From contig NIVC01003853.1 of assembly GCA_002269645.1 (NCBI GenBank), positions 1 to 64,000 on the forward strand: 64,000 nt of DNA, written 5' to 3'. Below, piece by piece: positions 47,930 through 60,615 of this stretch. The notes beneath the pieces are model-generated. The model saw nothing but the letters and a program-made list of their open reading frames with translations. It did not search any database and was not told the DNA's origin. The translations under genes were made by a program, and so were the position numbers. This stretch comes from Macrostomum lignano. Taxonomy: Eukaryota. Within the stretch, counting starts at the first letter, position 1. The number at the start of each line of letters is the position of its first letter.

Positions 47930-49340
47930 ATCACTAACAAAAAAAGCTGGCGAAACAAGCAGAGCTCTCTAACAGAAGAAACTGGCAAACAAGCAGAGCT
48001 CTCTAACAGAAGAAACTGGCAAAACAAGCAGAGCTCTCTAACAGAAGAAGCTGGCAAACAAGCAGAGCTCACTAACAGAAAAAGCAGGCAAACAAGCAGA
48101 GCTCACTAACAGAAGAAGCTGGCAAAACAAGCAGAGCTCACTAACAGAAGAAGCTGGCAAAACAAGCAGAGCTCTCTAACAGAAGAAACTGGCAAAACAA
48201 GCAGAGCTCACCAACAGAAAAAGCTGGCAAAACAAGCAGAGCTCTCTAACAGAAGAAACTGGCAAAACAAGCAGAGCTCACTAACAGAAGAAGCTGGCAA
48301 AACAAGCAGAGCTCTCTAACAGAAGAAACTGGCAAAACAAGCAGAGATCACCAACAGAAAAAGCTGGCAAAACAAGCAGAGCTCTCTAACAGAAGAAACT
48401 GGCAAAACAAGCAGAGCTCTCTAACAGAGGAAGCTGGCAAACAAGCAGAGCTCACTAACAGAAAAAGCAGGCAAACAAGCAGAGCTCACTAACAGAAAAA
48501 GCTGGCAAAACAAGCAGAGCTCACTAACAGAAAAAGCTGGCAAAACAAGCAGAGCTCACTAACAGAAAATGCTGGCAAAACAAGCAGAGCTCACTAACAG
48601 AAAAAGCTGGCAAAACAAGCAGAGCTCTCTAACAGAAGAAACTGGCAAACAAGCAGAGCTCACTAACAGAAGAAGCTGGCAAAACAAGCAGAGCTCACTA
48701 ACAGAAGAAGCTGGCAAAACAAGCAGAGCTCACTAACAGAAGAAGCTGGCAAAACAAGCAGAGCTCACTAACAGAAGAAGCTGGCAAAACAAGCAGAGCT
48801 CACTAACAGAAGAAGCTGGCAAAACAAGCAGAGCTCACTAACAGAAGAAGCTGGCAAAACAAGCAGAGCTCACTAACAGAAGAAGCTGGCAAAACAAGCA
48901 GAGCTCACTAACAGAAGAAGCTGGCAAAACAAGCAGAGCTCACTAACAGAAGAAACTGGCAAAACAAGCAGAGCTCTCTAACAGAGGAAGCTGGCAAAAC
49001 AAGCAGAGCTCACTAACAGAAGAAACTGGCAAAACAAGCAGAGCTCTCTAACAGAAGAAACTGGCAAAACAAGCAGAGCTCTCTAACAGAGGAAGCTGGC
49101 AAAACAAGCAGAGCTCACTAACAGAAAAAGCTGGCAAAACAAGCAGAGCTCTCTAACAGAAAAAGCTGGCAAAACAAGCAGAGCTCACTAACAGAAGAAG
49201 CTGGCAAACAAGCAGAGCTCACTAACAGAAAAAGCAGGCAAACAAGCAGAGCTCTCTAACATAAGAAGCTGGCAAACAAGCAGAGCTCACTAACAGAAAA
49301 AGCAGGCAAACAAGCAGAGATCTCTAACAGAAGAAACTGG
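47930..49340. repeat. 34-35-bp minisatellite, about 40 copies, paralog of 19310-21255
   Basis: Unit aagcagagctcactaacagaagaagctggcaaaac. Confidence 0.95.
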
Positions 49341-50789
49341 CAAACAAGCAGAGCTCATAAGCAAAGATGATGACAACCAAGGATTGGGAATTCATTGGTA
49401 AAACAGAAAAGTAGTCAGTCTGGATGTACAGAATGACAGATGTACAAACTTACGGGTACTGCAGATAAAATACTATGAAAGAAATTAAAATGTGCCAATT
49501 CATTTCAGCCTTAAATATTTTTTCAATTTTGTATTGCAAATCAGAGCCGGTTATTTCGGTTCTCGCATCAACATGGAACCAAAAGTTTTAGCAATCGTTT
49601 GAACAATGTAAAAATATTGCTATTTTATTAAGTTGAAACTAAAGTGTTCAATTATAAGAATTCCAGTTGTTACAACTATGGAGTTTTAATTTTCCTTTGG
49701 CGGTGATTATTTCTCTAATTGAAATTTGTTAATTTTCGCGGTTTCGTCATAGCTATATTAAAACAAAAATGTTTTGAATGTAACTAAACTCTAGATTTCG
49801 CTCCGCTAGTCACTATTGCAATAAGTAGTGTGATTAGCGTAAGTAGTTATGGATTTTCGGTAAGTTTAGAAATACTTTTTTTGCGCTTACTAGGATTATT
49901 GAAGCGTTGAGAAATCGGAAAAAAGCTGTGTAATTTTCTCTGTGAAGAATTTAAATAAGCGAAAAATTACCATCGAATTCAGCCAGATTTTCAAGTTATT
50001 CGTTGAAACTTCGTTGACTCCATGACGGCACTTTTGACCTGGCTGCGATCGTCAGTAGTATCGAGAGCAAATCTTTTTTCGAATACCATAGGAAGCGTCT
50101 CAGCAATGAAAGAATTGGGACGATGACTCAAGACAGGATGAAAAATACAAAAGCTCTTGCTTGGGATCCAAAAAAGTAAGCTAAATAGCAAGCAGCAGCC
50201 AGCAGTTTACAGTACCCAGCCTTGCATACCAATACATTAATCATTGATTCAGGTTCAGCCGTGGACTAGCCGCGGATCTCCCTCGCAGTAGGCAACACAT
50301 AACTATGCAGATAATAAGGGGGCTGAAGTAGAAACAACAGCCAACAGCACTGACAAAATGGACCTTTACGCTTGTAGTACAATGAGAATTCAGTTTTACT
50401 AACCCAGTGGTATGCCCATGCTGCGCACAATGTAGTTTTAGACTGTACAATAGCTATCTTGTCAAAAAACGCATTGCTATTTTGGTGGATAGCCACTTAT
50501 AGAGCTGGTCATAATTCTCTGTCCCATTTGGTCCTATCCACGGGAGGACCAGGCGTTAAGCGCATTTAGGAGCGCAATTGCCTCACTTTGCCACTTCTAT
50601 CGAAACAGCGCAGAAACTATTTTAACTGCCATGCGGTGTCTGCACTCGTAAAATCTGCTCTGGCCTATTCTGGGTGCCCATGCAATAATTCCGTCGGGTG
50701 ATGTTGAGGGCTGGAAATGCAAAAATAACAATAAGCGCAGGGCCGAAAACGCAGCGCGCAAACAATTATTCATCCAAAGTAGCCTAAGA

Positions 50790-51385
50790 TGCAGCTGTGA
50801 TGCCTGTCACACAGGTAGTTAGCACAGGTAGCTGTGATGCCTGTCACACTCACAGCTGCAGTTTGCACAGATAGCTGTGATGCCTGTCACACTCACAGCT
50901 GCAGTTTGCACAGATAGCTGTGATGCCTGTCACACTCACAGCTGCAGTTTGCACAGGTGGCTGTGATGCCTGCCTGTCACACTCACAGCTGCAGTTTGCA
51001 CAGGTGGCTGTGATGCCTGTCACACTCACAGCTGCAGTTTGCACAGGTAGCTGTGATGTCTGTCACACTCACAGCTGCAGTTTGCACAGGTGGCTGTGAT
51101 GCCTGTCACACTCACAGCTGCAGTTTGCACAGGTAGCTGTGATGCCTGTCACACTCACAGCTGCAGTTTGCACAGGTGGCTGTGATGCCTGTCACACTCA
51201 CAGCTGCAGTTTGCACAGGTAGCTGTGATGCCTGTCACACTCACAGCTGCAGTTTGCACAGGTGGCTGTGATGCCTGTCACACTCACAGCTGCAGTTTGC
51301 ACAGGTGGCTGTGATGCCTGCCTGTCACACTCACAGCTGCAGTTTGCACAGGTAGCTGTGATGCCTGACACACTTACAGCTGCAG
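50790..51385. repeat. 43-bp minisatellite
   Basis: Unit ctgtgatgcctgtcacactcacagctgcagtttgcacaggtag. Confidence 0.9.
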
Positions 51386-52072
51386 TTCTCACAAGTTGCT
51401 GTGACAGCACAAAAACTCAATAGCCAACAAGTTGGAACAACAACACTAATTTTGAAACAACAAAGTTTCTTAGACTGTTGGGAACCTGAAATATTGCTGT
51501 AATATTATCTTATCGTTTATTCAAATTTTCATATTTCGACTTGCAGTAGCATAAAAAGCGTTTCGTATACTAAAAATGAAATAAAGAGACTACAAAAATC
51601 AAACATCACAATTTTGTTAACGATAAGCAGCGGTCTCTTTCGCCATCTCATCGCATCTCTACCTCCACCCTACGCAAAAGCAGGTGTAGGTTAAGCACCT
51701 GCCAATACTCAACCGCAGCGTTCGGGATAGAGCATTGGCTGACTCAAGTAGTTCGTCAAAATAAAAGCATTTATGATGAAGTTTTAGCTAGAGGGCTGCT
51801 GCTAAACTGTACTGCATTCAGCTCTACACTGGAAGCGCACACGCGACCCCTTCTGTGTATTTAATCTACACCACAAAGAGCTACTCTTATAAAAGTGCAA
51901 AGCGGCAGGACTCCGGAGCCGTGCTAAATCGATTTGCCTGCTCGGAGATGTCAATCCGTTTCATTCGAGCGCTCACCTAAAAATCCGCATCAGAATAAGT
52001 GAAAAAAACAACACTATGCATGAATTATGAACTCAATGAGCAGTTCGGACTGTTGCAGAGCTCAGGCCGGAC

Positions 52073-52166
52073 TCAAAGCAGAATCTGCCTCAGCTTTTGC
52101 AGCTGCTGTTGCCGCTGTTGCAGAAGCACCTGCTGAGGCACTTGCTGATGAGCTAGCTGCTGTCTC

Positions 52167-52216
<50 letters not shown>

Positions 52217-54992
52217 ATGCTCCTGAACATGCTGCTGCTGCTGGCTTGAGGACGGCGGAGCAAAGCAGAAAATCTGAAGAAAAAAAATTGAAATTAGCAA
52301 AGGAAAGCACTGGAAAGCATTCACCGTCAGATCCACCCGCCTATACCATATGTGCCACTTTTTCTACCAGAAACACAGGTACACCATCAGCTGAATTGCC
52401 TACCACAAATCTAAATTGCCTACGACAAAGCTAAATTGCCTACCACAAAGCTAAATTGCCTACCACAAATCTACATTGCCTACCACAAAGCTAAATTGCC
52501 TACCACAAATCTACATTGCCTACCACAAATCTACATTGCCTACCACAAATCTACATTGCCTACCACAAATCTACATTGCCTACCACAAATCTACATTGCC
52601 TACCAAAAAGCTACATTGCCTACCACAAAGCTACATTGCCTACCACAAATCTACATTGCCTACCACAAATCTACATTGCCTACCACAAATCTACATTGCC
52701 TACCTCAAATCTACATTGCCTACCACAAATCTACATTGCCTACCACAAAGCTACATTGACTACCACAAATCTACATTGCCTACCACAAAGCTACATTGAC
52801 TACCACAAAGCTACATTGCCTACCACAAAGCTGCAGCTTCAAAGACTTTCCAACTTAAACTCTCACCCTGTCCTTCTGGTCGATCTGCGTGTCCGGTTCC
52901 GGGAAGGTCATCACAAACCATCCGCTGGTGGTGTCTGAAGATTTGTCCTTTTTCTTCACGGCACGCCTGCGGTAGACGCCCAGACACATGATCTCGAACC
53001 TGTCCAGGCAGCTGATAACCAGGTCCTCCCACTTCATCTCCTGCAAACCGGAAGTGATTCTAGCTACCCTATACGGTAAACCGGAAGTGATTCAAGCTAC
53101 CCTATACTGCAACCCGGAAGTGATTCAAGCCACTCTATACTGCTACCGGAAGTGATTCAAGCCACCCTATACTGCAACCCGGAAGTGATTCAAGCCACTC
53201 TATACTGCTACCGGAAGTGATTCAAGCTACCCTATACTGCAAACCGGAAGTGATTCAAGTTACCCTATACGGTAAACCGGAAGCTGGCTCATAAACTGGC
53301 CGCTATCACAGCCACCCTCAGTAGCCAGCAACTAAACGGCAAACCTTGCAGTCGAACAGCTGGAAGATGTCCTTCAGCGGGAAGTCGGTCGACTTCAGCA
53401 GCATCAGGCGGAAGCCGTAGACGCGGCTGTGCTCCGTCAGGTCCCCGCGGCTCAGGCAGCTGGGGATGCAGAAGTCCAGGCTGAGGTAGTCGTCCACGCT
53501 GGGCTGGTTGGAGCCGTGGATGATGGACTCCAGGAAGGCCAGGGACTCCGGGCAGAAGTACACGGACGCCAGCAGGCCCGTCAGGTTTGGCGACGACACG
53601 ACAAGTCCTTCGGCGAATGACTGCGTGTCCATCACGTCGGCCGCGGAGATGTCCGTCAGGCGCTCGGTCGGGTCGGAGAAGCAGTACGCGTTGGGCGAGT
53701 AGTACAGCTCCGAGGTCACGTGACAGTCCTTGGCGCCGATGCCGCGCAGGTTCTCGGTGCACAGCAGGGTCATCTTGTCGGCCAAGAAGGGGTCGCAGGA
53801 GGAAGACCGCTCGGCGAGGTTGATGACGGTCATGGCGGCGGCCTGGTGGGCGCGGCAGTACAGCAGGTGCTGCGGGAAGATGCCGTTGCCGTCAACCACG
53901 TAGATGAAGGGGAAGTTGCGGATGCCGCGCCACTCGTGCTGCTCGATGGACTCGGCGTCGCCGAGGATGACGATGTCGCTAAGCTGCTCGGCGGGGATGG
54001 AGCAGTTGCGGAGCGGCAGCACCAGCGAGGACATGCCGATCGGGTGCTTCAGGGAGCCGATGATGGCCACCAGGGTGTGGCCCCGGAACTCGATTTCCTT
54101 GGCCTCGTCGACGCTGAGCTTCCGGCAGCGCCGATTCGGCGCCCAGTGCAGTGTGCCGGTGATGTCCAGCAGCGGCGGCACCTCGTGCTCGGCGGCGTGC
54201 AGCTCGCGCTTCGTGCTGCAGCGGGCGTCGACGCTGTCGCGGAACCAGTTCTCCAGGCGGTGCTCCTCCTCGTGACCGGTGATGGCGGAGGCTCGGCGAA
54301 CTGTCTGCTGCTGAAGCTGGCCTTGGAACCTGAGCAGCGGCACGTCCGACCAGTCTGTAGGGAGGGGGGGGGTTGCGGAGAGCGGCTGGTGCGTCTCGAT
54401 GACTTCTTCAGTATTGTCCTCTGAATATTGTCCTCTAGCCTATCATGGGTGCAGGAATAGAATGGATTGCTAATCTAGCCTATCATGGGTGCAGGAATAG
54501 AATGGATTGCTAATCTAGCCTATCATGGGTGCAGGAATAGAATGGATTGCTAATCTAGCCTATCATGGGTGCAGGAATAGAATGGATTGCTAATCTAGCC
54601 TATCATGGGTGCAGGAATAGAATGGATTGCTAGTCCAGCTCGTGAATGAAGGAGCAGATTGAGGAGCTCGACTGTCTCCGTAGCAACTCACCCACATCGC
54701 CCGTGAGGTCAAAGCCAACTCCTGCAGTGACGGATTCGTCGCCGGTGTGGCTGGTGCTGCGGGGTCAGTGAGTGCAAGGGGCGGTGGGTATTCAGCATGG
54801 GGTGGAAAAATGGGCGAGAACAGCAGCAGCTGCTGGCTGCCCGCCCACTCACTCCGTGTCTTCCAGCTCCGCCCTGTACGACAGCTCCGGGTCGGGAATT
54901 GTGCTCTGGTCATCGGTGAGGGTGTCCAGCACCGCCACGAAGTCTTCTTTGAGACCTCCGCCGCTGCTGCCGCCTCCTCCTGCACCGCCGCC

Positions 54993-55057
<65 letters not shown>

Positions 55058-58000
55058 CCCGCGGCCGGCTTCCACGCCTTCGTAGCCTCTGCTGCTGCTG
55101 ATATCTGGTTAAAGGGTGGGTGAATTTCGGTGGCCGAATACTGGGTGAATTTTTGTGACTTTGGTGAATGGTAGATGAATACTATGTGAATGCTGTGGGA
55201 ATGCTGTGTGAATGCTGTATGAATACTGTATGAATGCTGTGTGAATGCTGGCTAAATACTGTGTGAATGCTGTGTGAATGCTGTGTGAATGCTGTGTGAA
55301 TGCTGGCTAAATACTGTGTGAATGCTGTGTGAATGCTGTGTGAATGCTGGCTAAATACTGTGTGAATGCTGTGTGAATGCTGTGTGAATGCTGTGTGAAT
55401 GCTGTGTGAATGCTGTATGAATACTGTGTGAATGCTGTGTGAATGCTGTGAGAATGCTGGGTGAATGCTGTGTGAATGCTGTGTGAATGCTGGCTAAATA
55501 CTGTGTGAATGCTGTGTGAATGCTGTGTGAATGCTGTGTGAATGCTGGGTGAATCCAGGGTGTAGCACTCACTGTGCACCAAAACGCCACTGAAGTCATT
55601 GGCCGTGCCGGCCGCAAACCTCCGGACGGACTCAGTGTCGCGGCTCATTAGGAAGGCCTTCATGGTGCTAGGGTTGATGACGAATCCGGGGTCAAAGGCG
55701 GGGTTGATGACCCCGGTCAGCACGCCCGTCAGCTTGTCCACCATGCAGACGCCCATCAGCAGGATGCTGTATGTCTGAGGAGCGGGGGTGCTGTGTTTTT
55801 ATTGCTGCTGTCGGGAACAGGGCAGACCTCGAGAGCAGCAAGCGGTTTACCTGGTAGGCCTCCAGCGCGAGCTTCTTGAAGCTGCGGTCCCGGTGCTTCG
55901 CCGTGAAGCCGACGCAGTAGATTTTCACCTGGATGCCAGCGCTGTAGGCGGTGCGCCAGCTGGTGCTCTTGGACCCGAGCCGCCTCCCGGCGCCCGAGTA
56001 GTCCACGAGGTCACCCGAGGCGGCGCCGCCCCCGCTGTCACCGGCGTTGCCGCTGGAAGCTGCATTGAGTTCGTCTTCTTCTGAGCTCTGGGACTCGCGA
56101 TAGCTGAGCAGGTTGATGAGCAGAGTGGCCAGTCCGGGTGCCACCGAGTTGATGCCCATGAGGCCCAGCAGCACCTGGTTGTCGCACAGAACCGCATCTG
56201 GTGGCAGCGAGCCCGGCTTGCCCTGCTTGGTGCGCCACAGCGGCAGCGCACGGAACGATTGCTGAGGGGGGGCAGTTGGTCAGGCAATGAGCTGAGGACA
56301 TTGCTGTGTGTGCATGGCAGTGAGCTGCGGACATTGCTGTGTGTGCATGACAGTGAGCTGCGGACATTGCTGTGTGTGCATGACAGTGAGCCGCGGACAT
56401 TGCTGAGGGATTGCGGTTGGGTCATGCTCTTGATCTGCACAATGACTCACTTTGTGAAACATGCCCTTGATCTGCACAATGACTCACTTTGTGAAACATG
56501 CTTTTGATCTGCACAATGACTCACTTTGTGAAACATGCTCTTGATCTGCACTATGGTGCGGCACTGGGGGGAGCAGAGCTTCAGGCCGATGGTGCGCACA
56601 TAGTTGATGCGGTCCGCTTCAAAGTCCGAGTGAGCGCTGCCAGCCTCCGAGGTGAGGATGATGGCCTCGGCGGAGTTCAGCTTGCAGCCCTGGATCAGGA
56701 ACTCGGCGTCGCTAGGGCTGCCGAACACCACCGTGATGCGACCGCAGAATGAGCGCAGGAACCACATGATCTGCTCGGAGACCTGGTTGCTGAGGTGTGG
56801 GAAGCGGGTGGTTGTTAAGATGTAGGAGGCGGTTGGTTGCTAGGGGTATTAGTTGCTGAATGCTCAAAGCCGATCGCAACAGTACTAATTCACAGCGCCT
56901 TAAAGAAACAAAGTCATGAACTTCTCTCTCACCTTTGCAGAAAGCAGACCCTGATAATTCCGTCAGTTGACAGAGAAATATTGTGGTAGAAGTTCCAGAA
57001 GAAGGACTTGAGCTTGTTCAGCTGAGAGGAGCCGCAGTAGATGATGTGCCTGGAGTCAAAGTGGGAATATTCTCAAGTACTGTGACAATCGGTTGAAAAA
57101 TCAGGTCGCTAACAGGCGCCGCTCACCCCTCGCTGGCTCCCGTGTAAAATGACCGATTGCCGAAGTTTTGCGGCACCGAGCACACGGCGTAGATGTCCGG
57201 GATAATTGACGCGAAAAATGTCTGCGAACGGGCAATGGATGAAACTAGTTTGTGTGGCTTTACGAGATGCTGAGTGGTGGTTGCTGAGGTGTGGGAGGCG
57301 GGTGGTTGCTGAGGTGTGGGAGGCGGGTGGTTGCTGAGGTGTGGGAGGCGGGTGGTTGCTGAGGTGTGGGAGGCGGATGGCCTCTGTTGACCTGCACTGC
57401 TGTGGGGCTGTGCTGTGCTGTGGGCTGTGTTGTAGGGTTGTGTTGTAGGGTTGTGTTGTAGGGTTGTGTTGTAGGGTTGTGTTGTAGGGTTGTGTTGTAG
57501 AGTTGTGTTGTAGGGTTGTGTTGTAGGGTTGTGTTGTAGGGTTGTGTTGTAGGGTTGTGCTGTGGGCTGTGTTGTAGGGTTGTGTTGTAGGGTTGTGCTG
57601 TGGGCTGTGTTGTAGGGTTGTGTTGTAGGGTTGTGTTGTAGGGTTGTGTTGTAGGGTTGTGTTGTAGGGTTGTGCTGTGGGCTGTGTTGTAGGGTTGTGT
57701 TGTAGGGTTGTGTTGTAGGGTTGTGTTGTAGGGTTGTGTTGTAGGGTTGTGTTGTAGGGTTGTGTTGTAGGGTGTGTTGTAGGGTTGTGTTGTAGGGTTG
57801 TGTTGTGGGGCTGTGTTGTCGGGCTGTGTTGTAGACTGTGCTGAGGACTGTGCTGTGGGGCTGTGTGTGCTGTGGGGCTGTGTGCGCTGTGGGTTGTGCT
57901 GTGGGCTGTGCTCTGGGGCTGTGTGTGCTGTGGGCTGTGCCGTTGGACTGTGTGTGCTGTGGGGCTGTGCTGTGGGCTGTGCTGGAGGCAGGTGACTGCT

Positions 58001-60218
58001 GTCAAACTCACCACAGCGAGAGCGACAAAGAAGATGAGCACCCCTTTGGTGTAATTGTTGCTGGGGGTGATGTCACCGAAGCCCACGCTGCTGGCCGTGA
58101 CCAGCAGGAAGTACAGGCTGGTGAAGAAGCTCATGCCGCCAATGTGACCCTCGGGGCTCTCCGGGCAGAATTTCCAGCCATCCAATTTGAAGCCGGTCAT
58201 GTTCTCCGTCTGAAATTCAATTGCGATCGGAAACTTTGAGTGCGGACAGACAGGCAATGCGCTCCAGCGGCCCGGAGATTGCGGGCTTGGAATCCAGTCT
58301 GATTAGTTGGACTGGCAGGCAGGGTGGTGTGGGCTGGCAGGTGTGGGCTGGCAGGTGTGGGCTGGCAGGTGTGGGCTGGCAGGTGTGGGCTGGCATGTGT
58401 GGGCTGGCAGGTGTGGGCTGGCAGGTGTGAGCCGGCAGGTGTGGGCTGGCAGGTGTGGGCTGGCAGGTGTGGGCTGGCAGGTGTGGGCTGGCAGGTGTGG
58501 GCTGGCAGGTGTGGGCTGGCAGGTGTGGGCTGGCAGGTGTGGGCTGGCAGGTGTGGGCTGGCAGGTGTGGGCTGGCAGGTGTGGGCTGGCAGGTGTGGGC
58601 TGGCAGGTGTGGGCTGGCAGGTGTGGGTCCCAGCTAAATGCGGCAGTTCAGCTTCCCACCTGGTAGACGATCCCGGCGAAGACGAACCAGAAGCAGATGA
58701 TGTTGATGGTGATGTTGACCAGCGTCTTCATCTGTGAGCGGCGCACGATCCCAACAACGAACAGAAGGTCTTTGAGGCAGTTGAGGCGCAACGCTCGGAG
58801 GAAGCTGAACACTGCGGAGTGGGTCGAGGGGGGGGCAAAATGGACGTCGGCGTGCGGACAGCATGGCGAGAGGGCAGCAGGTCAAGCACTCACTGAGCTG
58901 CTTCTGCTCTCCCACGATGGCGGCGAGAGCGGGCCCGATGGTCAGCACCTCCATCCACGTGCTGGAGCTCACGATAAAACTCCTCTTGTCATTCGTGCCG
59001 ATGAACTGTTGAATTTTATTGGAATGCACCGATTGTCTGCAGTTCTTGCCTCTACCCTCCTCTCATCTCATCTCCTCTCATCTCATCTCATCTCCTCCTC
59101 TCTCATCTCATCTCATCTCATCTCATCTCATCTCATCTCATCTCATCTCATCTCATCTCATCTCATCTCATCTCATCTCATCTCATCTCATCTCATCTCA
59201 TCTCATCTCATCTCCTTTCCTCTACTCACTTCTCTTCTGCTTTGCCCTCTCATCCTACTCTCTTCTACTTTTCTTAAGAGTGTTTCAGACGGGCCTCACC
59301 CTAATGATGAAGAAGATAACAAAGTAAATGTTTAGTCCCAAGTCTATGTACACCAAGATGTCGTCCACTTGATTTTTCTTGAACACAACCTGTCTCGGGT
59401 GCCTGCAATGTATTGTTTGAAATAATGCTGTAAAGTTACTAAAGAAAAGGACTTAAGGTGAGTAAAAATGTCATTTTGACGAGTCACTGGTTTGCGCCTG
59501 ACAGCTCAGCAACTGCTGCCCGCCCTCACATCACAGTGTGCGCTACAAAGAAGCCGAATGACGCAAGGCTGAAGAAACTCCACAAGGCGCTCTGAAATTT
59601 TGCAAGGAAAGTACATTTAGCACCCACTCGGTACAGATTACCCAGCATCAGCTCACCGATGCACTCAGCATCAACTCACACAGACACTCAGCATCAGCTC
59701 ATCCAGACACTCAGCATCAGCTCACACAGACACTCAGCATCAGCTCACACAGACACTCAGCATCAGCTCACACAGACACTCACATCAGCTCATCCAGACA
59801 CTCAGCATCAGCTCATCCAGACACTCAGCATCAGCTCACACAGACACTCACATCAGCTCATCCAGACACAAAGTTCCAGACAATCCTGGATTCTGGACCT
59901 CACCATCGCTTTGCCCCACATCGCCCAGTTGTTGGTGGCGATCTCGCACAGGTCGCGGATCTGCAGGAACACGGGAAACCGGACCAGCTGCCGGCGGAAG
60001 AAGTTGGTGGAGCAGAGGAGGTTGACGCTGAAGATGAGCACCAGGAGGCCCGCGGTGCCGCAGATGCCAATGGCCTCCTTCATGAGATGAAGGCAGCTGA
60101 GGGAAGCAATGAGAAGTTTTTGCACCCCATCAGTTTGAATATAAAAACTCGCAACTGCCTTCATGATTACCCAGAACAGGAATGGCCTCAGCCGGGACTT
60201 ACAGAGTTTTATCGTCAT
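52073..60218 (-). CDS. slo: Divergent Slo/BK-family potassium channel alpha subunit, about 15 exons; start codon uncertain
   Basis: Exons give S0 (AIGICGTAGLLVLIF), S1, S2 (IDLGLNIYFVIFFIIR), S3, S4 (FSFLRALRL), S5, pore (LYFLLVTASSVGFGDITP), S6, RCK1 (HIIYCG; ADRINYVRTIGLK; APGLATLLINL), RCK2 (DITGTLHW; GMSSLVLPLR; TQSFAEG), C-terminus (MCLGVYR; DR|IFCF) and a poly-Q tail, all co-linear with Slo1. Confidence 0.9.
52420..52815. repeat. Intronic 20-bp minisatellite
   Basis: Unit ctacattgcctaccacaaat. Confidence 0.9.
53045..53283. repeat. Intronic 32-33-bp minisatellite containing CCGGAAGTG
   Basis: Seven full units and one partial, ending at the acceptor of the slo exon at ~53041. Confidence 0.9.
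54435..54632. repeat. Intronic 40-bp tandem repeat, about 5 copies
   Basis: Unit ctagcctatcatgggtgcaggaatagaatggattgctaat. Confidence 0.9.
55190..55555. repeat. Intronic 11-bp repeat
   Basis: Unit gctgtgtgaat. Confidence 0.9.
57270..57985. repeat. Intronic compound repeat (25-bp units, then 13-bp gttgtgttgtagg)
   Basis: Read directly; lies between S6-region exons. Confidence 0.9.
58325..58628. repeat. Intronic 14-bp repeat
   Basis: Unit ggctggcaggtgtg. Confidence 0.9.
59060..59215. repeat. (TCTCA)n microsatellite
   Basis: Read directly. Confidence 0.95.
59655..59870. repeat. Intronic 23-bp repeat
   Basis: Unit cactcagcatcagctcacacaga. Confidence 0.85.
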
Positions 60219-60440
60219 CCATGATGAGCTTTGAATATTTAACGGCTCGTCTCGGTAGATTTAAAATTGTTCCCTAGAGCTGAAAATCCTCGTGTCCCTA
60301 GTGCTTCTGGATTTCTGGTTCCTGCCGAATGTTCGATTACTCTATAAAGCTGCTTTGCTGTCTATGGTCTTGCGCCGATTTAGCGACCCGAACACGGCTG
60401 CATTCTGAGCTGAACACAAAGCGCAATGTAATGAGTTTTA

Positions 60441-60615
<175 letters not shown>

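Noticed and set aside
57109-58257. 382-aa ORF joining the pore helix to a (HNPTTQPYNTTLQ)n tail
   Set aside because: Read-through of the donor GTGAGT after ALAV into an intronic 13-bp repeat
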